This document shows positions 24,801 to 38,700 of a DNA stretch of 64,000 nt, one piece after another. A model generated the notes under the pieces. That model saw nothing but the letters and a program-made list of their open reading frames with translations. It had not been told where the DNA came from and did no database searches. The translations under genes were made by a program, and so were the position numbers. Positions within the stretch are counted from its first letter, which is position 1; each line of letters begins with the position of its first letter. Source of the stretch: Eledone cirrhosa (taxonomy: Eukaryota); contig OZ024760.1 in NCBI GenBank assembly GCA_964016885.1, positions 17,608,001 through 17,672,000 on the forward strand. The letters run 5' to 3'.

Positions 24801-26710
24801 TCCAGCCGTCCAAGGGGAGGTAATATCTAGCCGTCCAAGGGGAGATAATTTCCAGCCGTGCAAGGGGAGATAATTTCCAGCCGTCCAAGTTTAGATAATA
24901 TCCAGCCGTCCAAGGAGACATATTTTCCAGCCGTCCAAGGAGAGGTAATTTCTAGCCGTCCAAAGGGAGATAAATTCCAGCCTCCAAGGGGAGATAATTT
25001 CCAGCCAGCCAAGGGGAGATAATTTGTAAAAAGATCAGGGGGAGATAATTTGTAAAAAAAATCAGGGGGAGATAATTTGTAAAAAAAAATCAGGGGGAGA
25101 TAATTTGTAAAAAAAAATCAGGGGGAGATAATTTGTAAAAAAAAATCAGGGGGAGATAATTTGTAAAAAAACTCAAGGGGAGATAATTTCCAGCCGTCCA
25201 AGGGGAGATAATTTTCAGCCGTCCAAGGGGAGATAATTTCCCGCCAGCCAAGGGAAGATAATATTTAAAAAAATCAGGCGGAGATAATTTGTAAAAAAAA
25301 TCAGGGGGAGATAATTTGTAAAAAAATCAGGGGGAGATAATTTGTAAAAAAAAATCAGGGGTAGATAATTTGTAAAAAAAAATAAGGGGGAGATAATTTG
25401 TAAAAAAAAATCAGGGGGAGATAATTTGTAAAAAAAATCAAGGGGAGATAATTTGTAAAAAAATCAAGGGGAGATAATTTCCAGCCGTCCAAGGGGAGAT
25501 AATTTTCAGCCGTCCAAGGAGAGGTAATTTCAAGCCGTCCAAGGGGAGATAATTTCCAGCCGTCCAAGGGGAGATAATTTCCAGCCGTCCAAGGGGAGAT
25601 AATTTTTTTTAAAAAATCAGGCGGAGATAATTTGTAAAAAAAATCAGGGGGAGATAATTTGTAAAAAAAATCAGGGGGAGATAATTTGTAAAAAAAAATC
25701 AGGGGGAGATAATTTGTAAAAAAAATCAAGGGGAGATAATTTCCAGCCGTCCAAGGGGAGATAATTTTCAGCCGTCCAAGGGGAGATAATTTCCCGCCAG
25801 CCAAGGGAAGATAATATTAAAAAAAATCAGGATGATAATTTGTAAAAAAAATCAGGGGGAGATAATTTGTAAAAAAATCAGGGGGAGATAATTTGTAAAA
25901 AAAATCAGGGGTAGATAATTTGTAAAAAAAAATCAAGGGGAGATAATTTGTAAAAAAAAATCAGGGGGAGATAATTTGTAAAAAAAATCAAGGGGAGATA
26001 ATTTGTAAAAAAAATCAAGGGGAGATAATTTCCAGCCGTCCAAGGGGAGATAATTTTCAGCCGTCCAAGGAGAGGTAATTTCAAGCCGTCCAAGGGGAGA
26101 TAATTTCCAGCCGTCCAAGGGGAGATAATTTCCAGCCGTCCAAGGGGAGATAATTTCCAGCCGTCCAAGGGTAGATAAAATCCAGCCGTCCAAGGAGACA
26201 TATTTGCCAGCCGTCCAAGGAGAGGTAATTTCTAGCCGTCCAAAGGGAGATAAATTCCAGCCTCCAAGGGGAGATAATTTCCAGCCAGCCAAGGGGAGAT
26301 AATTTGTAAAAAAATCAGGGGGAGATAATTTGTAAAAAAAATCAGGGGGAGATAATTTGTAAAAAAAAATCAGGGGGAGATAATTTGTAAAAAAAAATCA
26401 GGGGGAGATAATTTGTAAAAAAAAATCAGGGGGAGATAATTTGTAAAAAATATCAAGGGGAGATAATTTCCAGCCGTCCAAGGGGAGATAATTTTCAGCC
26501 GTCCAAGGGGAGATAATTTCCCGCCAGCCAAGGGAAGATAATATTTAAAAAAATCAGGGGGAGATAATTTGTAAAAAAAATCAAGGGGAGATAATTTGTA
26601 AAAAAAATCAAGGGGAGATAATTTCCAGCCGTCCAAGGGGAGATAATTTTCAGCCGTCCAAGGAGAGGTAATTTCAAGCCGTCCAAGGGGAGATAATTTC
26701 CAGCCGTCCA
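22150..26710 (+). repeat. ~4.5-kb block duplicated at ~38400-42980
   Basis: Constant offset of 16267 for ORF pairs 22627/38894, 23648/39915, 24827/41094, 25355/41622 and 26370/42637. Confidence 0.88.
22656..23215 (+). repeat. Second diverged cassette family (CCCTCCAA / G(T/G)GGCTATAA / CCAGCGAA), present as a pair 442 bp apart
   Basis: Pairs start at 22656/23098, 34382/34824, 38923/39365, 52724/53166, 55068/55797 and 62331/62745. Confidence 0.87.
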
Positions 26711-28249
26711 AGGGGAGATAATTTTCAGCCGTCCAAGGGGAGATAATTTCCCGCCAGCCAAGGGGAGATAATATTTAAAAAAATCAGGCGGAGATAATTT
26801 GTAAAAAAAATCAGGGGGAGATAATTTGTAAAAAAATCAGGGGGAGATAATTTGTAAAAAAAAATCAGGGGTAGATAATTTGTAAAAAAAAATCAGGGGA
26901 GATAATTTGTAAAAAAAATCAGGGGGAGATAATTTGTAAAAAAAATCAAGGGGAGATAATTTGTAAAAAAAATCAAGGGGAGGTAATTTCCAGCCGTCCA
27001 AGGGGAGATAATTTTCAGCCGTCCAAGGAGAGGTAATTTCAAGCCGTCCAAGGGGAGATAATTTCCAGCCGTCCAAGGGGAGATAATTTCCAGCCGTCCA
27101 AGGGGAGATAATTTCCAGCCGTCCAAGGGTAGATAATATCCAGCCGTCCAAGGAGACATATTTGCCAGCCGTCCAAGGAGAGGTAATTTCTAGCCGTCCA
27201 AAGGGAGATAAATTCCAGCCTCCAAGGGGAGATAATTTCCAGCCAGCCAAGGGGAGATAATTTGTAAAAAAATCAGGGGGAGATAATTTGTAAAAAAAAT
27301 CAGGGGGAGATAATTTGTAAAAAAAAATCAGGGGGAGATAATTTGTAAAAAAAAATCAGGGGGAGATAATTTGTAAAAAAAATCAAGGGGAGATAATTTC
27401 CACCCGTCCAAGGGGAGATAATTTTCAGCCGTCCAAGGGGAGATAATTTCCCGCCAGCCAAGGGAAGATAATATTTAAAAAAATCAGGCGGAGATAATTT
27501 GTAAAAAAAATCAGGGGGAGATAATTTGTAAAAAAATCAGGGGAGATAATTTGTAAAAAAAAATCAGGGGTAGATAATTTGTAAAAAAAAATCAGGGGGA
27601 GATAATTTGTTAAAAAAAATCAGGGGGAGATAATTTGTCAAAAAAATCAAGGGGAGATAATTTGTAAAAAAAATCAAGGGGAGATAATTTCCAGCCGTCC
27701 AAGGGAAGATAATTTTTAAAAAAATCAGGCGGAGATTGTAAAAAAAATCAGGGGGAGGTAATTTGTAAAAAAAATCAGGGGGAGATAATTTGTAAAAAAA
27801 ATCAGGGGTAGATAATTTGTAAAAAAAATCAGGGGGAGATAATTTGTAAAAAAAAATCAGGGGGAGATAATTTGTAAAAAAAATCAAGGGGAGATAATTT
27901 GCAGCCGTCCAAGGGGAGATAATTTTCAGCCGTCCAAGGAGAGGTAATTTCTAGCCGTCCAAGGGGAGATAATTTCCAGCCGTCCAAGGGGAGATAATTT
28001 CCAGCCGTCCAAGGGAAGATAATTTTTTTAAAAAAATCAGGCGGAGATAATTTGTAAAAAAAAAATCAGGGGGAGATAATTTGTAAAAAAAAATCAGGGG
28101 GAGATAATTTGTAAAAAAAAATCAGGGGGAGATAATTTGTAAAAAAAATCAAGGGGAGAAAATTTCCAGCCGTCCAAGGGAAGATAATTTCCAGCCCTCC
28201 AAGGGGCTATAATTTCCAGCCGTCCAAGGGGAGGTAATATCTAGCCGTC

Positions 28250-31200
28250 CAAGGGGAGATAATTTCCAGCCGTCCAAGGGGAGATAATTTCCAGCCGTTC
28301 AAGGGTAGATAATATCCAGCCGTCCAAGGAGACATATTTTCCAGCCGTCCAAGGAGAGGTAATTTCTAGCCGTCCAAAGGGAGATAATTTCCAGCCGTCC
28401 AAGGGGAGATAATTTTCAGCCGTCCAAGGGGAGATAATTTCCCGCCAGCCAAGGGAAGATAATATTTAAAAAAATCAGGGGGAGATAATTTGTAAAAAAA
28501 ATCAGGGGGAGATAATTTGTAAAAAAATCAGGGGGAGATAATTTGTAAAAAAAAATCAGGGGTAGATAATTTGTAAAAAAAAATAAGGGGGAGATAATTT
28601 GTAAAAAAAAATCAGGGGGAGATAATTTGTAAAAAAAATCAAGGGGAGATAATTTGTAAAAAAAATCAAGGGGAGATAATTTCCAGCCGTCCAAGGGGAG
28701 ATAATTTTCAGCCGTCCAAGGAGAGGTAATTTCAAGCCGTCCAAGGGGAGATAATTTCCAGCCGTCCAAGGGGAGATAATTTCCAGCCGTCCAAGGGGAG
28801 ATAATTTTTTTTAAAAAATCAGGCGGAGATAATTTATAAAAAAAATCAGGGGTAGATAATTTGTAAAAAAAAATCAGGGGGAGATAATTTGTAAAAAAAA
28901 ATCAGGGGGAGATAATTTGTAAAAAAAAATCAGGGGGAGATAATTTGTAAAAAAACTCAAGGGGAGATAATTTCCAGCCGTCCAACGGGAGATAATTTTC
29001 AGCCGTCCAAGGGGAGATAATTTCCCGCCAGCCAAGGGAAGATAATATTTAAAAAAATCAGGGGGAGATAATTTGTAAAAAAATCAGGGGGAGATAATTT
29101 GTAAAAAAAAATCAGGGGTAGATAATTTGTAAAAAAAAATAAGGGGGAGATAATTTGTAAAAAAAAATCAGGGGGAGATAATTTGTAAAAAAAATCAAGG
29201 GGAGATAATTTGTAAAAAAAATCAAGGGGAGATAATTTCCAGCCGTCCAAGGGGAGATAATTTTCAGCCGTCCAAGGAGAGGTAATTTCAAGCCGTCCAA
29301 GGGGAGATAATTTCCAGCCGTCCAAGGGGAGATAATTTCCAGCCGTCCAAGGGGAGATAATTTCCAGCCGTCCAAGGGTAGATAAAATCCAGCCGTCCAA
29401 GGAGACATATTTGCCAGCCGTCCAAGGAGAGGTAATTTCTAGCCGTCCAAAGGGAGATAAATTCCAGCCTCCAAGGGGAGATAATTTCCAGCCAGCCAAG
29501 GGGAGATAATTTGTAAAAAAATCAGGGGGAGATAATTTGTAAAAAAAATCAGGGGGAGATAATTTGTAAAAAAAAATCAGGGGGAGATAATTTGTAAAAA
29601 AAAATCAGGGGGAGATAATTTGTAAAAAAAATCAGGAGGAGATAATTTGTAAAAAAAATCAAGGGGAGATAATTTCCAGCCGTCCAAGGGGAGATAATTT
29701 TCAGCCGTCCAAGGGGAGATAATTTCCCGCCAACCAAGGGTAGATAATATTTAAAAAAATCAGGGGGAGATAATTTGTAAAAAAAATCAAGGGGAGATAA
29801 TTTGTAAAAAAAATCAAGGGGAGATAATTTCCAGCCGTCCAAGGGGAGATAATTTTCAGCCGTCCAAGGAGAGGTAATTTCAAGCCGTCCAAGGGGAGAT
29901 AATTTCCAGCCGTCCAAGGGGAGATAATTTCCAGCCGTCCAAGGGGAGATAATTTTTTTTAAAAAATCAGGCGGAGATAATTTATAAAAAAAATCAGGGG
30001 TAGATAATTTGTAAAAAAAAATCAGGGGGAGATAATTTGTAAAAAAAAATCAGGGGGAGATAATTTGTAAAAAAAAATCAGGGGGAGATAATTTGTAAAA
30101 AAACTCAAGGGGAGATAATTTCCAGCCGTCCAACGGGAGATAATTTTCAGCCGTCCAAGGGGAGATAATTTCCCGCCAGCCAAGGGAAGATAATATTTAA
30201 AAAAATCAGGGGGAGATAATTTGTAAAAAAATCAGGGGGAGATAATTTGTAAAAAAAAATCAGGGGTAGATAATTTGTAAAAAAAAATAAGGGGGAGATA
30301 ATTTGTAAAAAAAAATCAGGGGGAGATAATTTGTAAAAAAAATCAAGGGGAGATAATTTGTAAAAAAAATCAAGGGGAGATAATTTCCAGCCGTCCAAGG
30401 GGAGATAATTTTCAGCCGTCCAAGGAGAGGTAATTTCAAGCCGTCCAAGGGGAGATAATTTCCAGCCGTCCAAGGGGAGATAATTTCCAGCCGTCCAAGG
30501 GGAGATAATTTCCAGCCGTCCAAGGGTAGATAAAATCCAGCCGTCCAAGGAGACATATTTGCCAGCCGTCCAAGGAGAGGTAATTTCTAGCCGTCCAAAG
30601 GGAGATAAATTCCAGCCTCCAAGGGGAGATAATTTCCAGCCAGCCAAGGGGAGATAATTTGTAAAAAAATCAGGGGGAGATAATTTGTAAAAAAAATCAG
30701 GGGGAGATAATTTGTAAAAAAAAATCAGGGGGAGATAATTTGTAAAAAAAAATCAGGGGGAGATAATTTGTAAAAAAAATCAGGAGGAGATAATTTGTAA
30801 AAAAAATCAAGGGGAGATAATTTCCAGCCGTCCAAGGGGAGATAATTTTCAGCCGTCCAAGGGGAGATAATTTCCCGCCAACCAAGGGTAGATAATATTT
30901 AAAAAAATCAGGGGGAGATAATTTGTAAAAAAAATCAAGGGGAGATAATTTGGAAAAAAAATCAAGGGGAGATAATTTCCAGCCGTCCAAGGGGAGATAA
31001 TTTTCAGCCGTCCAAGGAGAGGTAATTTCAAGCCGTCCAAGGGGAGATAATTTCCAGCCGTCCAAGGGGAGATAATTTCCAGCCGTTCAAGGGTAGATAA
31101 TATCCAGCCGTCCAAGGAGACATATTTTCCAGCCGTCCAAGGAGAGGTAATTTCTAGCCGTCCAAAGGGAGATAATTTCCAGCCGTCCAAGGGGAGATAA

Positions 31201-32710
31201 TTTTCAGCCGTCCAAGGGGAGATAATTTCCCGCCAGCCAAGGGAAGATAATATTTAAAAAAATCAGGGGGAGATAATTTGTAAAAAAAATCAGGGGGAGA
31301 TAATTTGTAAAAAAATCAGGGGGAGATAATTTGTAAAAAAAAATCAGGGGTAGATAATTTGTAAAAAAAAATAAGGGGGAGATAATTTGTAAAAAAAAAT
31401 CAGGGGGAGATAATTTGTAAAAAAAATCAAGGGGAGATAATTTGTAAAAAAAATCAAGGGGAGATAATTTCCAGCCGTCCAAGGGGAGATAATTTTCAGC
31501 CGTCCAAGGAGAGGTAATTTCAAGCCGTCCAAGGGGAGATAATTTCCAGCCGTCCAAGGGGAGATAATTTCCAGCCGTCCAAGGGGAGATAATTTTTTTT
31601 AAAAAATCAGGCGGAGATAATTTATAAAAAAAATCAGGGGTAGATAATTTGTAAAAAAAAATCAGGGGGAGATAATTTGTAAAAAAAAATCAGGGGGAGA
31701 TAATTTGTAAAAAAAAATCAGGGGGAGATAATTTGTAAAAAAACTCAAGGGGAGATAATTTCCAGCCGTCCAACGGGAGATAATTTTCAGCCGTCCAAGG
31801 GGAGATAATTTCCCGCCAGCCAAGGGAAGATAATATTTAAAAAAATCAGGGGGAGATAATTTGTAAAAAAATCAGGGGGAGATAATTTGTAAAAAAAAAT
31901 CAGGGGTAGATAATTTGTAAAAAAAAATAAGGGGGAGATAATTTGTAAAAAAAAATCAGGGGGAGATAATTTGTAAAAAAAATCAAGGGGAGATAATTTG
32001 TAAAAAAAATCAAGGGGAGATAATTTCCAGCCGTCCAAGGGGAGATAATTTTCAGCCGTCCAAGGAGAGGTAATTTCAAGCCGTCCAAGGGGAGATAATT
32101 TCCAGCCGTCCAAGGGGAGATAATTTCCAGCCGTCCAAGGGGAGATAATTTCCAGCCGTCCAAGGGTAGATAAAATCCAGCCGTCCAAGGAGACATATTT
32201 GCCAGCCGTCCAAGGAGAGGTAATTTCTAGCCGTCCAAAGGGAGATAAATTCCAGCCTCCAAGGGGAGATAATTTCCAGCCAGCCAAGGGGAGATAATTT
32301 GTAAAAAAATCAGGGGGAGATAATTTGTAAAAAAAATCAGGGGGAGATAATTTGTAAAAAAAAATCAGGGGGAGATAATTTGTAAAAAAAAATCAGGGGG
32401 AGATAATTTGTAAAAAAAATCAGGAGGAGATAATTTGTAAAAAAAATCAAGGGGAGATAATTTCCAGCCGTCCAAGGGGAGATAATTTTCAGCCGTCCAA
32501 GGGGAGATAATTTCCCGCCAACCAAGGGTAGATAATATTTAAAAAAATCAGGGGGAGATAATTTGTAAAAAAAATCAAGGGGAGATAATTTGTAAAAAAA
32601 ATCAAGGGGAGATAATTTCCAGCCGTCCAAGGGGAGATAATTTTCAGCCGTCCAAGGAGAGGTAATTTCAAGCCGTCCAAGGGGAGATAATTTCCAGCCG
32701 TCCAAGGGGA
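28250..32710 (+). repeat. Nested tandem duplications with 1148-bp and 2788-bp offsets
   Basis: Offsets of 1148 (28999/30147, 29549/30697) and 2788 (28416/31204, 28999/31787, 29549/32337). The marker CCAACCAAGGGTAG lies at ~29730, 30878 and 32518. Confidence 0.87.
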
Positions 32711-35700
32711 GATAATTTAAAAAAAAAAATCAGTCGGAGATAATTTGTAAAAAAAATCAGGGGGAGATAATTTGTAAAAAAAAATCAGGGGGAGATAATT
32801 TGTAAAAAAAAATCAGGGGGAGATAATTTGTAAAAAAAATCAAGGGGAGATAATTTCCAGCCGTCCAAGGGGAGATAATTTTCAGCCGTCCAAGGGGAGA
32901 TAATTTCCCGCCAGCCAAGGGGAGATAATATTTAAAAAAATCAGGCGGAGATAATTTGTAAAAAAAATCAGGGGGAGATAATTTGTAAAAAAATCAGGGG
33001 GAGATAATTTGTAAAAAAAAATCAGGGGTAGATAATTTGTAAAAAAAAATCAGGGGAGATAATTTGTAAAAAAAATCAGGGGAGATAATTTGTAAAAAAA
33101 ATCAAGGGGAGATAATTTGTAAAAAAAATCAAGGGGAGATAATTTCCAGCCGTCCAAGGGGAGATAATTTCCAGCCGTCCAAGGGTAGATAATATCCAGC
33201 CGTCCAAGGAGACATATTTGCCAGCCGTCCAAGGAGAGGTAATTTCTAGCCGTCCAAAGGGAGATAAATTCCAGCCTCCAAGGGGAGATAATTTCCAGCC
33301 AGCCAAGGGGAGATAATTTGTAAAAAAATCAGGGGGAGATAATTTGTAAAAAAAATCAGGGGGAGATAATTTGTAAAAAAAAATCAGGGGGAGATAATTT
33401 GTAAAAAAAAATCAGGGGGAGATAATTTGTAAAAAATATCAAGGGGAGATAATTTCCACCCGTCCAAGGGGAGATAATTTTCAGCCGTCCAAGGGGAAAT
33501 AATTTCCCGCCAGCCAAGGGAAGATAATATTTAAAAAAATCAGGCGGAGATAATTTGTAAAAAAAATCAGGGGGAGATAATTTGTAAAAAAATCAGGGGA
33601 GATAATTTGTAAAAAAAAATTAGGGGTAGATAATTTGTAAAAAAAAATCAGGGGGAGATAATTTGTAAAAAAAAATCAGGGGGAGATAATTTGTAAAAAA
33701 AATCAAGGGGAGATAATTTGTAAAAAAAATCAAGGGGAGATAATTTCCAGCCGTCCAAGGGAAGATAATTTTTAAAAAAATCAGGCGGAGATTGTAAAAA
33801 AAATCAGGGGGAGGTAATTTGTAAAAAAAATCAGCGGGAGATAATTTGTAAAATAAATCAGGGGGAGATAATTTGTAAAAAAAAATCAGGGGGAGATAAT
33901 TTGTAAAAAAAATCAAGGGGAGATAATTTCCAGCCGTCCAAGGGGAGATAATTTTCAGCCGTCCAAGGAGAGGTAATTTCAAGCCGTCCAAGGGGAGATA
34001 ATTTCCAGCCGTCCAAGGGGAGATAATTTCCAGCCGTCCAAGGGGAGATAATTTTTTTAAAAAATCAGGCGGAGATAATTTGTAAAAAAATCAAGGGGAG
34101 ATAATTTGCAGCCGTCCAAGGGGAGATAATTTTCAGTCGTCCAAGGAGAGGTAATTTCTAGCCGTCCAAGGGGAGATAATTTCCAGCCGTCCAAGGGGAG
34201 ATAATTTCCAGCCGTCCAAGGGGAGATAATTTTTTTAAAAAAATCAGGCGGAGATAATTTGTGAAAAAAATCAGGGGGAGATAATTTGTAAAAAAAATCA
34301 GGGGGAGATAATTTGTAAAAAAAAATCAGGGGGAGATAATTTGTAAAAAAAATCAAGGAGAGATAATTTCCAGCCGTCCAAGGGAAGATAATTTCCAGCC
34401 CTCCAAGTGGCTATAATTTCCAGTGTCCAAGGGGAGATAATTTCCAGCCAGCGAAGGGGAGATAATTTTTTTTAAAAAATCAGGGGGAGATTTGTAAAAA
34501 AAATCAGGGGGAGATAATTTGTAAAAAAAATCAAAGGGAGATAATTTCCAGCCGTCCAAAGAGAGATAATTTCTAGCCGTCCAAGGAGAGGTAATTTCTA
34601 GCCGTCCAAGGGGAGATAATTTCCAGCCGTCCAAGGGGAGATAATTTCCAGCCGTCCAAGGGGAGATAATTTTTTTTAAAAAATCAGGCGGAGATAACTT
34701 GTAAAAAAAAATCAGGGGGAGATAATTTGTAAAAAAAAATCAGGGGGAGATAATTTGTAAAAAAAAATCAGGGGGAGATAATTTGTAAAAAAAATCAAGG
34801 GGAGATAATTTCCAGCCGTCCAAGGGAAGATAATTTCCAGCCCTCCAAGGGGCTATAATTTCCAGCGTCCAAGGGGAGATAATTTCCAGCCAGCGAAGGG
34901 GAGATAATTTTTTTTAAAAAATCATTGGGAGATTTGTAAAAAAAATCAGGGGAGATAATTTGTAAAAAAAATCAAGGGGAGATAATTTCCAGCCGTCCAA
35001 GGGGAGATAATTTTCAGCCGCCCAAGGAGAGGTAATTTCAAGCCGTCCAAGGGGAGATAATTTCCAGCCGTCCAAGGGGAGATAATTTCCAGCCGTCCAA
35101 GGGGAGATAATTTCCAGCCGTCCAAGGGTAGATAATATCCAGCCGCCCAAGGAGAGGTAATTTCAAGCCGTCCAAGGGGAGATAATTTCCAGCCGTCCAA
35201 GGGGAGATAATTTCCAGCCGTCCAAGGGGAGATAATTTCCAGCCGTCCAAGGAGAGGTAATTTCAAGCCGTCCAAGGGGAGATAATTTCCAGCCGTCCAA
35301 GGGGAGATAATTTCCAGCCGTCCAAGGGGAGATAATTTCCAGCCGTCCAAGGGTAGATAATATCCAGCCGTCCAAGGAGACATATTTGCCAGCCGTCCAA
35401 GGAGAGGTAATTTCTAGCCGTCCAAAGGGAGATAAATTCCAGCCTCCAAGGGGAGATAATTTCCAGCCAGCCAAGGGGAGATAATTTGTAAAAAAATCAG
35501 GGGGAGATAATTTGTAAAAAATAATCAGGGGGAGATAATTTGTAAAAAAAAATCAGGGGGAGATAATTTGTAAAAAAAAATCAGGGGGAGATAATTTGTA
35601 AAAAAAATCAAGGGGAGATAATTTCCACCCGTCCAAGGGGAGATAATTTTCAGCCGTCCAAGGGGAGATAATTTCCCGCCAGCCAAGGGAAGATAATATT

Positions 35701-38700
35701 TAAAAAAATCAGGCGGAGATAATTTGTAAAAAAAATCAGGGGGAGATAATTTGTAAAAAAAAATCAGGGGTAGATAATTTGTAAAAAAAAATAAGGGGGA
35801 GATAATTTGTAAAAAAAAATCAGGGGGAGATAATTTGTAAAAAAAATCAAGGGGAGATAATTTGTAAAAAAAATCAAGGGGAGATAATTTCCAGCCGTCC
35901 AAGGGGAGATAATTTTCAGCCGTCCAAGGAGAGGTAATTTCAAGCCGTCCAAGGGGAGATAATTTCCAGCCGTCCAAGGGGAGATAATTTCCAGCCGTCC
36001 AAGGGGAGATAATTTCCAGCCGTCCAAGGGTAGATAAAATCCAGCCGTCCAAGGAGACATATTTGCCAGCCGTCCAAGGAGAGGTAATTTCTAGCCGTCC
36101 AAAGGGAGATAAATTCCAGCCTCCAAGGGGAGATAATTTCCAGCCAGCCAAGGGGAGATAATTTGTAAAAAAATCAGGGGGAGATAATTTGTAAAAAAAA
36201 TCAGGGGGAGATAATTTGTAAAAAAAAATCAGGGGGAGATAATTTGTAAAAAAAAATCAGGGGGAGATAATTTGTAAAAAAAATCAAGGGGAGATAATTT
36301 CCACCCGTCCAAGGGGAGATAATTTTCAGCCGTCCAAGGGGAGATAATTTCCCGCCAGCCAAGGGAAGATAATATTTAAAAAAATCAGGCGGAGATAATT
36401 TGTAAAAAAAATCAGGGGGAGATAATTTGTAAAAAAAAATCAGGGGTAGATAATTTGTAAAAAAAAATAAGGGGGAGATAATTTGTAAAAAAAAATCAGG
36501 GGGAGATAATTTGTAAAAAAAATCAAGGGGAGATAATTTGTAAAAAAAATCAAGGGGAGATAATTTCCAGCCGTCCAAGGGGAGATAATTTTCAGCCGTC
36601 CAAGGAGAGGTAATTTCAAGCCGTCCAAGGGGAGATAATTTCCAGCCGTCCAAGGGGAGATAATTTCCAGCCGTCCAAGGGGAGATAATTTCCAGCCGTC
36701 CAAGGGTAGATAAAATCCAGCCGTCCAAGGAGACATATTTGCCAGCCGTCCAAGGAGAGGTAATTTCTAGCCGTCCAAAGGGAGATAAATTCCAGCCTCC
36801 AAGGGGAGATAATTTCCAGCCAGCCAAGGGGAGATAATTTGTAAAAAAATCAGGGGGAGATAATTTGTAAAAAAAATCAGGGGGAGATATTTTGTAAAAA
36901 AAAATCAGGGGGAGATAATTTGTAAAAAAAAATCAGGGGGAGATAATTTGTAAAAAAAATCAGGAGGAGATAATTTGTAAAAAAAATCAAGGGGAGATAA
37001 TTTCCAGCCGTCCAAGGGGAGATAATTTTCAGCCGTCCAAGGGGAGATAATTTCCCGCCAACCAAGGGTAGATAATATTTAAAAAAATCAGGGGGAGATA
37101 ATTTGTAAAAAAAATCAAGGGGAGATAATTTGTAAAAAAAATCAAGGGGAGATAATTTCCAGCCGTCCAAGGGGAGATAATTTTCAGCCGTCCAAGGAGA
37201 GGTAATTTCAAGCCGTCCAAGGGGAGATAATTTCCAGCCGTCCAAGGGGAGATAATTTAAAAAAAAAAAATCAGTCGGAGATAATTTGTAAAAAAAATCA
37301 GGGGGAGATAATTTGTAAAAAAAAATCAGGGGGAGATAATTTGTAAAAAAAAATCAGGGGGAGATAATTTGTAAAAAAAATCAAGGGGAGATAATTTCCA
37401 GCCGTCCAAGGGGAGATAATTTTCAGCCGTCCAAGGGGAGATAATTTCCCGCCAGCCAAGGGGAGATAATATTTAAAAAAATCAGGCGGAGATAATTTGT
37501 AAAAAAAATCAGGGGGAGATAATTTGTAAAAAAATCAGGGGGAGATAATTTGTAAAAAAAAATCAGGGGTAGATAATTTGTAAAAAAAAATCAGGGGAGA
37601 TAATTTGTAAAAAAAATCAGGGGAGATAATTTGTAAAAAAAATCAAGGGGAGATAATTTGTAAAAAAAATCAAGGGGAGATAATTTCCAGCCGTCCAAGG
37701 GGAGATAATTTCCAGCCGTCCAAGGGTAGATAATATCCAGCCGTCCAAGGAGACATATTTGCCAGCCGTCCAAGGAGAGGTAATTTCTAGCCGTCCAAAG
37801 GGAGATAAATTCCAGCCTCCAAGGGGAGATAATTTCCAGCCAGCCAAGGGGAGATAATTTGTAAAAAAATCAGGGGGAGATAATTTGTAAAAAAAATCAG
37901 GGGGAGATAATTTGTAAAAAAAAATCAGGGGGAGATAATTTGTAAAAAAAAATCAGGGGGAGATAATTTGTAAAAAATATCAAGGGGAGATAATTTCCAC
38001 CCGTCCAAGGGGAGATAATTTTCAGCCGTCCAAGGGGAAATAATTTCCCGCCAGCCAAGGGAAGATAATATTTAAAAAAATCAGGCGGAGATAATTTGTA
38101 AAAAAAATCAGGGGGAGATAATTTGTAAAAAAATCAGGGGAGATAATTTGTAAAAAAAAATTAGGGGTAGATAATTTGTAAAAAAAAATCAGGGGGAGAT
38201 AATTTGTAAAAAAAAATCAGGGGGAGATAATTTGTAAAAAAAATCAAGGGGAGATAATTTGTAAAAAAAATCAAGGGGAGATAATTTCCAGCCGTCCAAG
38301 GGAAGATAATTTTTAAAAAAATCAGGCGGAGATTGTAAAAAAAATCAGGGGGAGGTAATTTGTAAAAAAAATCAGCGGGAGATAATTTGTAAAATAAATC
38401 AGGGGGAGATAATTTGTAAAAAAAAATCAGGGGGAGATAATTTGTAAAAAAAATCAAGGGGAGATAATTTCCAGCCGTCCAAGGGGAGATAATTTTCAGC
38501 CGTCCAAGGAGAGGTAATTTCAAGCCGTCCAAGGGGAGATAATTTCCAGCCGTCCAAGGGGAGATAATTTCCAGCCGTCCAAGGGGAGATAATTTTTTTA
38601 AAAAATCAGGCGGAGATAATTTGTAAAAAAATCAAGGGGAGATAATTTGCAGCCGTCCAAGGGGAGATAATTTTCAGTCGTCCAAGGAGAGGTAATTTCT

